A stretch of DNA of 64,000 nt. Origin: Squalus acanthias (Eukaryota). The notes beneath the pieces are model-generated. The model searched no databases. It was given only the letters and a program-made list of their open reading frames with translations, and was not told the origin of the DNA. Both the position numbers and the translations under genes were made by a program. The stretch's first letter is position 1; each line of letters begins with the position of its first letter. The stretch is taken from the NCBI GenBank assembly GCA_030390025.1, contig CM059432.1, positions 26,724,001-26,788,000 on the forward strand. The letters are read 5' to 3'. Of the stretch, positions 13,378 through 26,072 are shown piece by piece.

Positions 13378-16300
13378 AATAAATAAATCTGGAATAAAAA
13401 TCTAGTATCAGTAATGGTGACCATGAAACTATCGGATTGTCGTAAAAACCCATCTGGTTCACTAATGTCCTTTAGGGAAGGAAATCTGCCGTCCTTACCC
13501 GGTCTGGCCTATATGTGACTCCAGACCCACAGCAATGTGGTTGAATCTTAACTGCCCTCTGAAATGGCCTAGCAAGCCACACAGTTGTAACAAATCACTA
13601 CAAAAAACAATAATAAGAATAAAACCGGACGGACTACCTGGCACCGACCGAGGCACCGGCTTCGCACTCGACAACAGCACACCCAGCCCAGTTGACCCCA
13701 AAAAGTCCTCCTCACTAACATCTGGGGATTTGTGCCAAAATTGGGAGAGCTGTCCCACAGACTAGTCAAGCAACAGCCTGCTATAGTCCTACTCATAGAA
13801 TCATACATTTCAGCCAATGTCCAAGACTGCTCCATCACCATCCCTGGGTACATCCTGTCCCACCGGCAGGAGAGACCCACCGTAGGCAGTATACAGTCGG
13901 GAAGGAGTGGTCCTGGGAGTCCTCAACATTGACTCCGGACCCCATGAAGTCTCATGGCTTCAGGTCAAGCATGGGCAAGGAAACCTCCTGCTGATTACCA
14001 CCTACCGCCCTCCCTCAGCTGATGAATCAGTACTCCTCCATGTTGAACACCACTTGGAAGAAACACTGAGGGTAGCAAGGGCAGAGAATGTACTCTGGGT
14101 GGGAGACTTCAATGTCCATCACCAAGAGTGGCTCGGTAACACCACTACTGACCGAGCTGGCCGAGTCCTGAAGGACGTAGCTGCCAGACTGGGCTTGCAG
14201 CAGGTGGTAAGAGAAGCAACACGAGGGAAAAACCTACTTGACCTCGTCCTCATCAAGCGACCTGTCGCAGATGCATCTGTCCATGAAAGTATTGGTAGCA
14301 GTGACCACCGCACAGTCCTAGTGGAGACGAAGTACCGTTTTCACACTGAGGACACCCTCCATCGTGTTGTGTGGCACTACCCCCGTACTAAATAGGATAG
14401 ATTCTGAACAGATCTAGCAGCTCAAAACTGGGCATCCATGAGGCATTGTGGGCCATCAGCAGCAGCAGAATTGTATTCCACCACAACCTGTAACCTCATG
14501 GCCCGGCATATCCCTCAATCTACCATTACCATCAGGATAGGGGACCAACCCTGGTTCAATGAGGAGTGTAGAAGAGCATGCCAGGAGCAGCACCAGGTGT
14601 ACCTAAAAATGAGGTGCCAACCTAGGGAAGCTGCAACATAGGACTACATGCATGCTATTCAGTGGAAGCAGCATGCTATAGACAGAGCTAAGTGATCCCA
14701 CAATCAACGGATCAGATCAAAGCTCTGCAGTCCTGCCACATTCAGTTGTGAATGGTGGTGGACAGTTAAACAACTAATGGGAGGAAGAGGTTCCATGAAT
14801 ATCCCCATCCTCAATGATGGTGGAGCCCAGCACGCGAGTGCAAAAGACAAGGCTGAAGCGTTTGCAACCATCTTCAGCCAGAAGTGTCGAGTGGATGATC
14901 CATATCGGCCTCCTCCTGCAGTCCCCACCATCACAGAAATCAGTCTTCAGCCAATTCAATTCACTCAACGTGATATCAAGAAATGGCTGAGCGCACTGGA
15001 TACAGCAAAAGCTATTGGCCACGAAAATATCCTGGCTGTTGGGAAGGATTTAAACTAGTTTGTCAGGGGGGTGGGAACCTAAGTGTGGGCCCAGAACGGA
15101 GAGAAACAAAGCTGGAAGTGAAAGTTGGAAAAGTAGTCAGCAAAACTAGTAGGGAGCAGAAACAAAGGCCAATAGTAAAGAGGGTCAAAGTGCAGAAAAA
15201 TATTAAACAGGCAAAGTTGAAGGCACTTTATCTAAATGCACATAGCATTAGCAACAGGGTGGCTGAATTAATGTCCCAAATAGAAGTAAATGGGTATGAT
15301 GTAATTGCCATTACAGAGACATGGTTGCAGCGTAACCAAAGCTCAGACAAAAAGGAAAAAGAGGTGGCGTAGCGCTGTTAATAAGGGATGAGATCGGTAC
15401 GGTAGAGATAAAAGATCTTGGCTCGGCAGATAGTGATGTAGAACTGGAATCAGTTTGGGTGGAGCTAAGAAACAGCAAAGGGCAGAAAACATTGATGGGA
15501 GTTGTGTATAGGCCACCAAACAGTAGTGGTAATGTAGAGCACAGTATCAATCAAGAAATTAGAAGTGCATGTAACAAGGGCAATACGGTAATCATGGGGG
15601 ACTTTAATTTACATATTGACTGGGCAAATCAAATTACCACTAATGGTGTGGAGGACAAATTCTTGGAATGCATGCAAGATGATTTCCTGGATCAGTATGT
15701 GGAGGAACCAACCAGGGAACAGGCTATTCTGGATCTGGTGCTGTGTAATGAGAAAGGGCTAATCAATAATCTTGTGGTAAAGGGGCCATTAGGGACAAGT
15801 GACCATAATATGATTGAATTCTACATTAAGTTTGAGAGTGATGTAGTCTAATCTGAAACTAAGGTCTTCAATCTAAACAGAGGAAGCTACAAGGGTATGA
15901 GGGACAAGTTGGCCATGGTAGATTGGGAGACTACACTAAAAGGTATGAAGGTGGACATACAATGGCTAACATTCAAGGAAATAATGCATAATTTGCAACA
16001 AACATATATTCCTCTAGGGCATAAAAACCCAAAAGGAAAAGTGATCCAACCATGGCTAACAAAAGAAATTAAAGCTAATATTAAGTCAAAGGAGGAAGCT
16101 TATAAAGTTGCCAGAAAAAGCGGTCAGCCTGAGGATTGGGATCTTTTTAGAAATCAGCAAAGGGGGACCAAGAAATTGATAAAGAAAGGGAAAATGGAAT
16201 ATGAGCACAAACTAGCGAAAAATATAAAAATGGATTGTAAAAGCTTCTATAGGTATGTGAAAAGGAAAAGACTGGCGAAGGTAAATGTAGGTCCTTTACA

Positions 16301-18472
16301 GTCAGAGACGGGAGAATTTATAATGGGGAATGAGGAAGTGGCTGAGAAATTAAATAAATACTTTGTTTCTGTCTTCACGGAGGAAGACACAAAAAACCTC
16401 CCAGAAATATGAGAAAACCAAGGGTGTGGCGAGAATGAGGAACTTAAAGAAATTATTATTAGTAAAAAAACAGTACTAGCAAAATTAATGGGACTAAAAG
16501 TCGATAAGCCCCAAGGACCGGATGACCTACATCCTAGGGTTTTGAAAGAGGTGGCTATTGGTATAGTGGGCGCATTGGTTGTCATCTTCCAAAATTCTAC
16601 AGATTCTGGAATGGTTCCTGCAGATTGGAGGATAGCAAATGTAACCTCGCTATTTAAGAAAGGAGGGAGAGAGAAAACGGGGAACTACAGACCTGTTAGC
16701 CTCACATCAGTAGTGGGAAAATGCTGGAATCTATTATAAAGGATGCAATAACTGGGCACTTAGAAATTAATAGTAAGATTGGGCAGAGTCAACATGGATT
16801 TATGAAAGGGAAATCCTGTTTGACAAACCTATTGGAGTTCTTTGAGGATGTAACTAGTGGAGTAGAATAAGGGAAACTGGTAGATGTGTTGTATCTGGAT
16901 TTTCAGAAGGCCTTCGATAAGGTCCCACACTAGAGGTTGGTGAACAAAATTAGGGCACGTGGAATTGGGGGTAATATACTAGCATGTATTGAGAATTGGT
17001 TAACAGACAGAAAACAAAGAGTAGGGATTAGCGGGTTTTTTTCAGGATGGCAGGCTGTGACTAGTGGGGTACCGCAAGGATCGGTGCTTGGGCCCCAGCT
17101 ATTCACAATCTATATCAATGATTTGGATGAGGGCAGTAAATATAACATTTCCAAATTTGCTGATGATACAAAGCTAGGTGGCAGTGTCAGTTGTGAAGAG
17201 GCTTCAAGGGGATCTCGATAGGCTCAGTGAGTGGGCGAGAACATGGCAGATGGAATATAATGTGGATAAATGTGAAGTTATCCACTTTGGTAGAAAAAAC
17301 AGAAAGGCAGAGTATTTCCTAAATGGTGAAAGATTGGGGAATGCAGATGCTCAAAGGGACCTGGGTGTCCTTGTACATGAGTCACTGAAAGTGAATGTGC
17401 AGGTGCAGCAAGCCATTAGGAAGGCAAATGGTTTGCTGGCCTTCATTACAAGAGGATTTGAGTACAGGAGTAAAGAAGTCTTACTCCAATTATATAGGGC
17501 CTTGGTGAGACCACACCTGGAGTACTGTGTACAATTTTGGTCTCCTTAACTAAGGAAGGATATACTTGCCATAGAGGGGGTGCAGCGAAGGTTCACGAGA
17601 TTGATTCCTGGGATGGCGGGACTGTCATATGAGAAGGGTTTGAGTAAACTAGGCCTGTATTCTCTTGAATTCAGAAGAATGAGAGGGGATCTCATTGAAG
17701 CATCCAAAATTATTACAGGGCTTGATAGGGTGGATGCTGGGAGAATGTTTCCCTTGGCTGCGGAGTCTAGAACCAGGGGCCACAGCCTCAGGATAAAGGG
17801 TAGGCCATTCAGGACTGAGATGGAAGAAATTTCTTCACACAGAGGGTGGTGAATCTTTGGAATTCTCTACCCCAGAGGGCTGTGGAGGCTCAGTCATTGG
17901 GTATATTCAAAACAGAAGTCAATAGATTTCTGACTAATAAAGGCATCAAGGGATATGCCGAAAAGGCCAGTGAATGGAGTTGAGGCAGAAGATCAACCAT
18001 GATCTCATTGAATGGCGGAGCAGGCTCGAAGGGCCGAATGGCCTACTCCTGCTCCTATTTCTTATGTTCTTATGTTCTTATGCTCCAGAACTAGCCGTGC
18101 CTCTAGCCAAGCTGTTCCAGTACAGCTACAACACTGGCATCTACCCGACAATGTGGAAAACTGCCCAGCTGTGTCCTGTCCACAAAAAGCAGGACAAATC
18201 CAATCCGGCCAATCAATGCCCCATCAGTTCCCTCTCAATCATCAGCAAAATGATGGAAGATGTCATCGACAGTGCTATCAAACAGCACTTACTCATCGAT
18301 AACCTGCTCACCGATGCTCAGTTTGGGTTCCACCAGGACAACTCTGCTCCATACCTTATTACAACCTTGGTCCAAACATGGACAAAAGAGTTGAATTCAA
18401 GAGGTGAGTTGAGAGTGACTGCCCTTCACATCAAGGCAGCATTTGACCGAGTATGGCATCAAGGAACCCTAG
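13378..18472 (+). mobile_element. CR1-group LINE (family B) 5' half, split by a CR1 insertion
   Basis: APE endonuclease motifs (TYRPP, VGDFNVHH, LLDLV, SDH) at 13732-14395; PWFNEEC; RT N-terminal part to 15039, resuming at 18081 (APELAVPLAKLF…QFGF…AAFDRVWH); many stops. Confidence 0.85.
15035..18080 (+). mobile_element. CR1 LINE, nearly full ORF2 (EN+RT), inactivated
   Basis: LYLNAHSI…[42 protein letters not shown] and FADDTK motifs; stops and frameshifts; 3'UTR and (TTCTTATG)n tail ending ~18080. Confidence 0.95.
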
Positions 18473-18689
18473 TAAGCTCTTTCAACTGCTGGAACACTGC
18501 TGAAACTTAACTTCCATCACCTGGATTACTCTGCCAACAGGACTATGCTGCTCTACTGACTACACTGTTTGACTCAGCTGCTGTGTCTCTGCTCTGCTAT
18601 TCAGTCGCTTCAAGTTTTAAGCTGCTGAATTCTTTTCTCAAATTGGTTTCTGATCTCCTGGACTTCTCTGGACATCTGGGCTACAGCCG

Positions 18690-19049
18690 TGAATGTGCTG
18701 GTGCTCAGAGGGCGTGTTTGGAGGCAGGTCAGAGGTTGAAGTCGTTATGATTGACGGCGGGTTACGAACCCGTCATCATCCCGCCTCCACACAACCTTCC
18801 CGAGTGTCGGGTCCCCGATTTGCAAACGACCCAACACCAAGCGGCGGGAAAGTGATTAAAGGCAATTTTGCAGATCAGGCACCAGTGAACGTTCACTGAT
18901 GTCACGATCAGCCTGGCGTTGAAGTCCCCAGTGGTACCTTGTATCGGCGGCACAAGGGGGGGACCGGATTTGCTGTGCGTCGCTGGATTCGCCTCGCCCC
19001 GGTACTACTGGCGCTAACGGGAGGTGCTATCCAACTGAATTTTCCCCCC
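18690..19049. mobile_element. Harbinger-family MITE fragments
   Basis: GGCGCTAACGGGAGGTGCTATCCAACTGAATTTTCCCCC at ~19010-19049 matches the Harbinger right end; GC-rich upstream sequence. Confidence 0.55.
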
Positions 19050-19199
19050 TTATTTTTAAATAACGTTTAAACGGCAGCTGCCTCTCTGCTGAACTGGTTC
19101 GACTGGTTTTTCAGCTTTGTTGGCTTCTGGCTAGCAGTTGCTGTTTCACTTGCTGTCCTGTGACTTGTTCTACTGCTTTTTCAGCTTTGCTGGTCGCTG

Positions 19200-21590
19200 A
19201 CCTGTGTTTTACATTTTCTCCGCCGCTTTGATCTATGGTGATCTCCAACTTGCGTCAATTTTGCCATCATATTTCTGCACCGCCATCGACTCTCATTCCT
19301 ACAACAACAACCTCCAACCACGAACTCTCTACCCTTCAAATAGCTTCTGGACTTCACTCGCCTATTTGGACAGCGGTTCGTCGATGCTCCGTGCCGGCTC
19401 CATCCTGCTTACATCAGCTTTGTCCTTCCATAGGACCTCTGACTATGACCCTGGTCTCCCTACTATTGTCTCCAACCTATCCCCTGCTACCAGGAAGTAA
19501 CTATCCCATTAATTATTACATAATCAGGCCTATGTAACCTGAGCTTTTACCCTGTGTCCATTCGCGTGCGCACTTTGGCTGATGCTCCGGACCCAAGCCA
19601 TTCAGTTCTCTTTCCACTTCTTTCTCCCCCTTTTCCTTTTCTCTCTATCCCTCCCTGACCACGCTCTCCTGTTGTCATGCCTTCTTTCATCTCTCCTCTC
19701 TCGGACACTCTGCCCTCCCAAACCCCTACTCCAATCCTTCATTACTCTTCGACCTTCCTACTCTCCTGCTGCTGTTCCAGGCTTGCCTCCTGCTTAGATA
19801 AGCCTACAGCTTCCCTCTCTGCCTCTCTTGGCATCCGACGAAGGGCCCATCGAGGCACTCGTCGCTGCCTCCTTGCGAGTAGCAACCCCAACTGTCCCAT
19901 CCTACTCTCTCACCGACCGTCCCGCCCAGCGCGCCCACTGGAGGCTAATCTTGCCAATGTCCCTGTCCAACTCACCCCTCCCAGTGTTGACCCTGTGGAC
20001 GCTGGCAGTGGGTCAGCCATCACCGACCCTGGTCTGCCTCTCCCTCCAGAATGTCCGTTCACTTGCGAACATGGCCCTGGCCATCCATGAGCTTATCATG
20101 GATGATTGCATTGACATCATGGCCCTGACGGAAACGTGGCTGAGGGGTGATGACACCTTACCCTTAACTGAAGCCTCCCTGCCTGGCTATACCTTCCACC
20201 ACTTGCCCCGCTCAGACCGCCGTGGTGGCGGTGTGGCCCTCATCACCAAATCATAACTTGGTCTGTCCCCCTACTCCTCCGCCACTTTCTTCTCCTTTGA
20301 GCATCTCTCCTTATTCCACCCCTCTTACCTCTCATTTAAAATTCTCATTCTCTACCACCCACCCAAGTACCATAAAAATTTTATTGCTGAGATATCTTCT
20401 CTGCTCTCCTCCCTCAGCCTCTGCACCGAGCGACTTCTCATCCTCGGTGATTTCAACCTCGATCTCAATTCATCATGCTCTCTCTCCTCTGAGTTCACTA
20501 CCTTCCTATCCTCCCTTCATCTCTTCCTCCATGTAAACTCCCCAACCCGGGTTCACGGCCACCCCCTTGACCTTGCCATCTCTCAAGGCCTCGCTAATCC
20601 CATCATGTTAATCGCAGATAAGGCCATCTCTGACCACTTCCTCAGATCGCTCTCCACCCACATCCCCCCTTGCCGCCCCCCCGACACCCCTGCACTCCCC
20701 CAACCCTACCTCCTTCTGTGTCCACCCCTGGAAAAAACTCTCTCCCAACTCTCTTACAACTGCACTTACAAAATCCCAACTGTCCAGTCTTTGGCCCTCC
20801 ATTCACCGTGACATTTCTGCAGCTACCGATCTGCTCAACCACATCCTCACCACCACCTTTGATGCCCTAGTCCCTTTTAAAACAATTGCTCTCTCTCACC
20901 CTGGCCATTCCTCCTGGTAGGGCCCTCATCTTTGCTCCCTTAGAGTCATAACGGCACAGAAGGAGGCCGTTCGGCCCATCAAGTCTGTGCCGGCTCTCTG
21001 TAGAGCAATCCAGTCAGTCCCATTACCCAGCTCTATCCCCATAGCCCTGCAAGTTTATTTCCCTCAAGTGCCTAAACTGACCGGCCTGTCTACTCCATCC
21101 TCACCTCTGACAAATGTTTGGAGCTCATGGACTTCTTTGTCTCTAAGATTGAGACCATCTGTTCAACTGCCTCTGCCATTTCCCTTCCTTCTCCTAGCCC
21201 ACTGGGCCAAACTTCCTCTAAGGTCCCCCCGCCCTAGCTCTCAACTCACATCTTTCTCCAGTTTCTCTCCGATCTCCCCTCATGACCTCTCCGTGCTCAT
21301 CTTGTCCATGACACCCACTTCCTGCTCCCTCGACCCTAATCCCACCAAAATGCTGACCACCTAACTTCCCTTTCTGGCTCCCATGTTAGCTGACATTGTT
21401 AATGGTTCTCTCTCCTCAGGTACTGTCCCCTTCTCCCTCAAATCTGCCGTCATCACCCCATCCTCAAAAAACAAACCCTTGACCCCTCCGTTCTTGCAAA
21501 CTACCACCCCCTCTCCACCCTCCCTTCCCTCTCCAAAGTCCTTCAACGGGTTGTCACCTCCCAAATCTGTGCCCATCTTTCCCACAACTC
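19200..21590 (+). mobile_element. L2-clade LINE fragment (EN and RT N-terminus)
   Basis: C/T-rich strand; LQNVRSL…LTETWL…RRGGGVAL, ILGDFN and ISDHF motifs; TSCSLDP…IVNGSLSSGTVP…SAVITP; degenerate. 5' boundary uncertain. Confidence 0.8.
20941..21073 (-). mobile_element. Short CR1 3'-end insertion within the L2
   Basis: Roughly 90% similar by eye to 22302-22434 (CR1-A 3' end), including the AGAGTCATA tail. Confidence 0.8.
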
Positions 21591-21606
21591 TATATATACT
21601 CTACTG

Positions 21607-22300
21607 TTAGCGCCCCGAAAAAATTAGCACCCCCACGCCCGAAATTCACTGGTAGCGCCCCAAGAGGGAGGCGGGGTGCCCTCTTGGGGCACTGCGAGTG
21701 AATATCACAGCGCTATGTGCCCCAGCGCCATGCGCTATGGCACGTCGCGCTGCGGTACTGCAGGCCTTCCTCCCCTAAATAAAGGGGAGGGGCATTGCGC
21801 AGCGCAACCCGGGGCCCAGCTGGGCCACCAGGGATCGGAGTGCCGGCAAAAGAGCCCGGCACTCAAGAGAAGTGCCAGGCTCACGGAGAGCAGCCAGTAC
21901 CACACAGGGGGGCTGCACAGGAGGCCGGGGACGGCAACGAGGGCAGGTGCTGGCAGGCGGCCAACAACAAAAATGGCCGCCCAGCACCTCACCTTTACCT
22001 TGCGCCGCCCCGGCCACAGGTAGGCCCCCCTGTCACTATCGGACATCGCGTCGGGCGGTAAGTCAGGGGGCGCTACCGAAGATCGCGGCCGAGGCGCGAG
22101 CGGGGCGCTGCACAGGGCGATGACATCATCGCCGGAGGCACAGCGCCACGGGTTGCTAATGGTTACCGCCTCTGCTAACCTCCCGCTGAATTTCGCGGGA
22201 GGTGTTGGCGGCGCCGCGCCCATGTGCTACTTGCTTTGCGCCTCGTTAGTGCCCTCTTAGGGTGCTAACAGGAGGTGCAAATCAACCGAGTTTTGCCCCC
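21607..22300. mobile_element. Harbinger-family MITE lacking its left TIR
   Basis: Right end TTAGTGCCCTCTTAGGGTGCTAACAGGAGGTGCAAATCAACCGAGTTTTGCCCCC is homologous to 28008-28061; repeated TAGCGCC motifs. Confidence 0.7.
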
Positions 22301-22948
22301 ACAGAGTCATAATGGCACAAAAGGAGGCCATTTGGCCCATCGAGTCCGTGCCGACTCCCTGTAGAGCTATTCAGTCAGTCCCATTCCCCCGCTCTATCCC
22401 CGTAGCCCTGCAAGTTTATTTCCCTCAAGTGCCTATCCAGTTTAATCTTGAAAACATGGAGTGTCTCCGCTTCCACCACTTCCGTCGGCAGCGAATTCCA
22501 GGTCACCACCACTCGCTGCTTAAAAAAGTTTTTCTCACATCCCCCTGTATCTCTTGCCCAAACCCTTAAATCTGTGGCCCCCAGTCCTTGTACCATCAAC
22601 TAGTGGGAACAGCCTTTCCCCGTCTAGTCTATCCAAACCCGTCATAATCTTGTACACCTCTATCATATCACCCTTCAACCTCCTTTGCTCTAATGAAAAC
22701 AAATCCAGCTTTTGCAACCTGTCCTAGTAGCTAAGATCCCCCATCCCCGGAACCATTCTGGTAAATCTCCTCTGCAGCTTCTCAAGTGTGGTGACCAGAA
22801 CTGGATACAATACTCTAGTTGTGGCCTAACCAGCGCTTTATAAAGGTTCAGCATAACTTCTCTATTTTTGTACTCAATACCTCTATTTATGAAGCCCAAG
22901 ATCCCATATGCTTTGTTAACCACACTCTCAATATGTCCTAGAGTCATA

Positions 22949-23841
22949 GGGGTAGAAATTAGGTCGCGCCCCATTTGGGGCGCAAATATCGTCTGGACGC
23001 AAATATTAGCGCCTGGCGCTAATTATCGGCACTAACTGGAAACTTCACTTTTACCGCCCCGGGAGGTGAGTGGAGCGCTAAAACAGGCGCTGCACACCTG
23101 TCTTAAGGCGCAAAGGCCAAGGAGTGAGGTGCTAACTCAGAGCGCTGGCGAAGCTCATGTAATGTCAGTCAGCAATGGAACACACACACAATGGCAAAGG
23201 CCAGTTCTTAAAGGGGATGGTTAATCTTGCTTTCCATCCACATCCTGTTCATTGCAGCCTTGAATCTCGGCCTGGAGAGACTTGCACATCAAATGTGCTG
23301 GAAAGAACAATGGAGAGTACCAGGCAAAGAGCTCAGAGTGCAGCTCCCACAGTCTCTGCTAAATCGATACAAGGAATGGCAAATCAAAATGAACCTGCAA
23401 AGTGCTGCTCAGTACCCAAAACTCCTTCACACAACGTTGAATCTCTCCAGAAGTCTCTCCCTCTCGCTCTCAGAATGCGTAGTTCAAAAATGCCACCAAC
23501 AATAAAAGACAGGAAGAGGCCCCCTTTAAATAGCGCCACCCCCAGCCCCACAGCGATTGATAGCGTTCCAGTCTTCTGGTCATTGGATGCGCCAGGCGGT
23601 AAGGCAGGGGGCGCCACTCAATTTCCGCTCCGGGGCGCCACAAGGGCGTTGCACCATGGAATGACATCACAATCTGCGCGCGCAGGTGGTCGCAGCGGTA
23701 AAGTTTAGCGCCGCCGCACAATCTCTAGTTAAGTTCCCGAGCGGCGCAAACATCGCTGCACCCGGGCGTTAGCGGCTTTGCGCCCCATTAGCGCCCTCTT
23801 AAGGCGCTAACGGGAGGCGCAACCAACTGAATTTTTACCCC
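22949..23841. mobile_element. Non-autonomous Harbinger deletion derivative (H1, 893 bp)
   Basis: TIRs GGGGTAGAAATT and AATTTTTACCCC; flanks ATA/ACA; the left ~190 bp and right ~340 bp are nearly identical to the ends of H2. Confidence 0.93.
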
Positions 23842-24211
23842 ACAGAGTCATAGGGGGAAAAATTAGGTCGCGCCCCATTTGGGGCGCAAATATCGTCTGG
23901 ACGCAAATATTAGCGCCTGGCGCTAATTATCGGCACTGACTGGAAACTTCACTTTTACCACCCCGGGAGGTGAGTGGAGCGCTAAATCAGGCGCTGCACA
24001 CCTGTCTTAAGGCGCAAAGGCCGAGCAGTGAGGCGCTAACTCAGCGCGCGAGCGCAGCGCAGCTGCTGCCAGTTAGCGAGGGAACACAGACACACTGGCG
24101 CCGGCCACTTCTTAAAGCGGGGGGGGCCAACTTGCTCCCCAGCCACACCCTGCTCATTTCAGCCTTGAATCTCGGCCTGGATAGACCTGTGAATCCATTT
24201 TGCTGCCAAGG

Positions 24212-26072
24212 ATGGAGAGGGTGAGAGAACGAGCTCATCGCTTCACCGAGCGGGCCTTGGATGCTCTGGTTGGCGCGGTGGAGCGCAGAAGATGTATACT
24301 CTTCCCTGAGAGTGGCAGGTGGCCTTTGCCACGCGAGTTCAGAAGAGTGTGGAGGGAGGTGGCTCAGAGCGTCTCCTCCAGGAGCATGGTGCCCAGGACC
24401 CATACTCAATGCCGCAAAAAGTTCAACGACCTCACTCGGGTCGTCAGGGTGAGTGGCTTTTTCTCAATACCTCTCCATCCCTCCATCTCAACCTCACTCT
24501 TAAAACCCCAATGCACAACACTCATCCAACACCTATGGCCCTTTCATGAAACACACACACACATTCCACACTTTGCATACAGTAAGGGCTATTCACCTAT
24601 GGGAGGCACATCAGGCAAGACCATGGCTGCATACAGTAAGGGCTATTCACCTATGGGAGGCACATCAGGCAAGACCATGGCTGCATACAGTAAGGGCTAT
24701 TCACCTATGGGAGGCACATCAGGCAAGACCATGGCTGTATATTTACTCAGATGCTGTCCTTTTTCTTACAGGCCAAGCTGGCGCATAATCGGAGACAGCA
24801 GCAACGGACAGGTGGAGGGCGGCCTCAGCTGCAACCCCTCAGCGATCTTGAGGAGCGCGTCCACAGGATTGTGGCAAGCCGGGTGATCGGTCCCGTCGCC
24901 ACTGGAGACGCCGACCCCGTTCTGGACAGCAATGGTAAGGTCATCACCTTTTTGTCCTCTGTCCTTCCACTTGTCCCTCACAACACCAGCCTTTGACACT
25001 TTCAATCCAACTTGCTAACTCGCTGCACTTATTCCTCCCTTACTGCCACCCTGTCCTCACGCTAAAGCCACTCTTGTACCTCCCTGCTTTCAGATGGTGA
25101 TTCACCAGCTGAGGAGACGGGCCCTGAAGCTGCCACTGGGAGTGATGCTGCAGCTGAGGAGGAAGAGGAAGCCAGAGCATCAGTGCCACCCTCTCCCGAG
25201 GAAGCCCATGCCCACACTGGGAACACGCCTTCCTCGGAGGGGAGCAGGGGGGAAGGGGCTGATGATGGTGAAGCTCCAGGACCCAGCGGGCTGCAGCAAC
25301 GCCATGGGGGGGTAGGGAAGAACGGGGGCCTTCTCCCCAGAGGGAGAGTATGCCAGACACTCCTACTGCAATGGACGCAGAGGAGGAGCGGCTGATCGCA
25401 GAAATGAACACCCAGGCGGTGGGCATGCACACTGAGCTCATGGGTGCAGTGGGAAGGGTGCCCGAATGCATTGAGTCACTGGCAAGGAGTGTGGAGCACT
25501 TCGCTGTAGCACAGGCGGATGCCACACTAACGCTTAGTGCTGCAATTCAGTCACTGGCTGCCGTGATCCCATCTCTGACTGCTCTCATGCAGACTCAGAT
25601 TGAGGCCACGCGAGCACAGACTGCTGCCAACCTCGATGGTTCGTTCACATGTCCCTGGGGCTGTCACCGCGCCGCAGCAGGCCAGCAATCTGTTCTCCAG
25701 CAGATTGCTCCGGATGCTGAAGTGCTGCCCCGTGGGAGTGCCAGTGTGTCGGGCGAGCAGGGAGTTGCTGTCCTCTCTCACGATGACAGCATTCCTGCTG
25801 CCAACACTGTCACTTCTCCACTGCACTTGCCACCGCCTGTAGGACAGACTGCTGCCGCCCATGCAGAGTTGGTGCAGTCTGCAGCCGGGCCCTCCAGGCC
25901 CAGAAGTGGTCGAGGCCGTCCTTCAGGGGCATCTGAAGTGTCAGGGTCTGACGAGCAGCAGCCTTCCACCAGCCTTGCTGCAGCCACTGAGGTCCCATTA
26001 CGGAGGAGCAGTAGGGTTAGAAGGGGGGAAGTGCGCAATGGAAGGAGATCACCCTCGAAGGGCAAAAAGTAG
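24212..26072 (+). CDS. Harbinger Myb/SANT-like (MSANTD-type) DNA-binding protein, three exons; apparent 1-bp frameshift in exon 3
   Basis: Kozak context CCAAGGATGG. Exon 1 24212-24448 (RFT…LV…VWREVA…RTHTQCRKKFNDL), donor GTGAGT. Exon 2 24772-24934 after TTTTCTTACAG (AKLAHNRRQQQRTGGG), donor GTAAGG. Exon 3 from 25094 after CTTTCAG. The frame stops at 25395 unless the G7 run at 25306-25312 is G8, which joins ORF 25350-26072. Confidence 0.82.
24574..24737. repeat. Three identical 54-bp tandem repeats in intron 1
   Basis: Unit TGCATACAGTAAGGGCTATTCACCTATGGGAGGCACATCAGGCAAGACCATGGC starts at 24574, 24628 and 24682. Confidence 0.95.
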
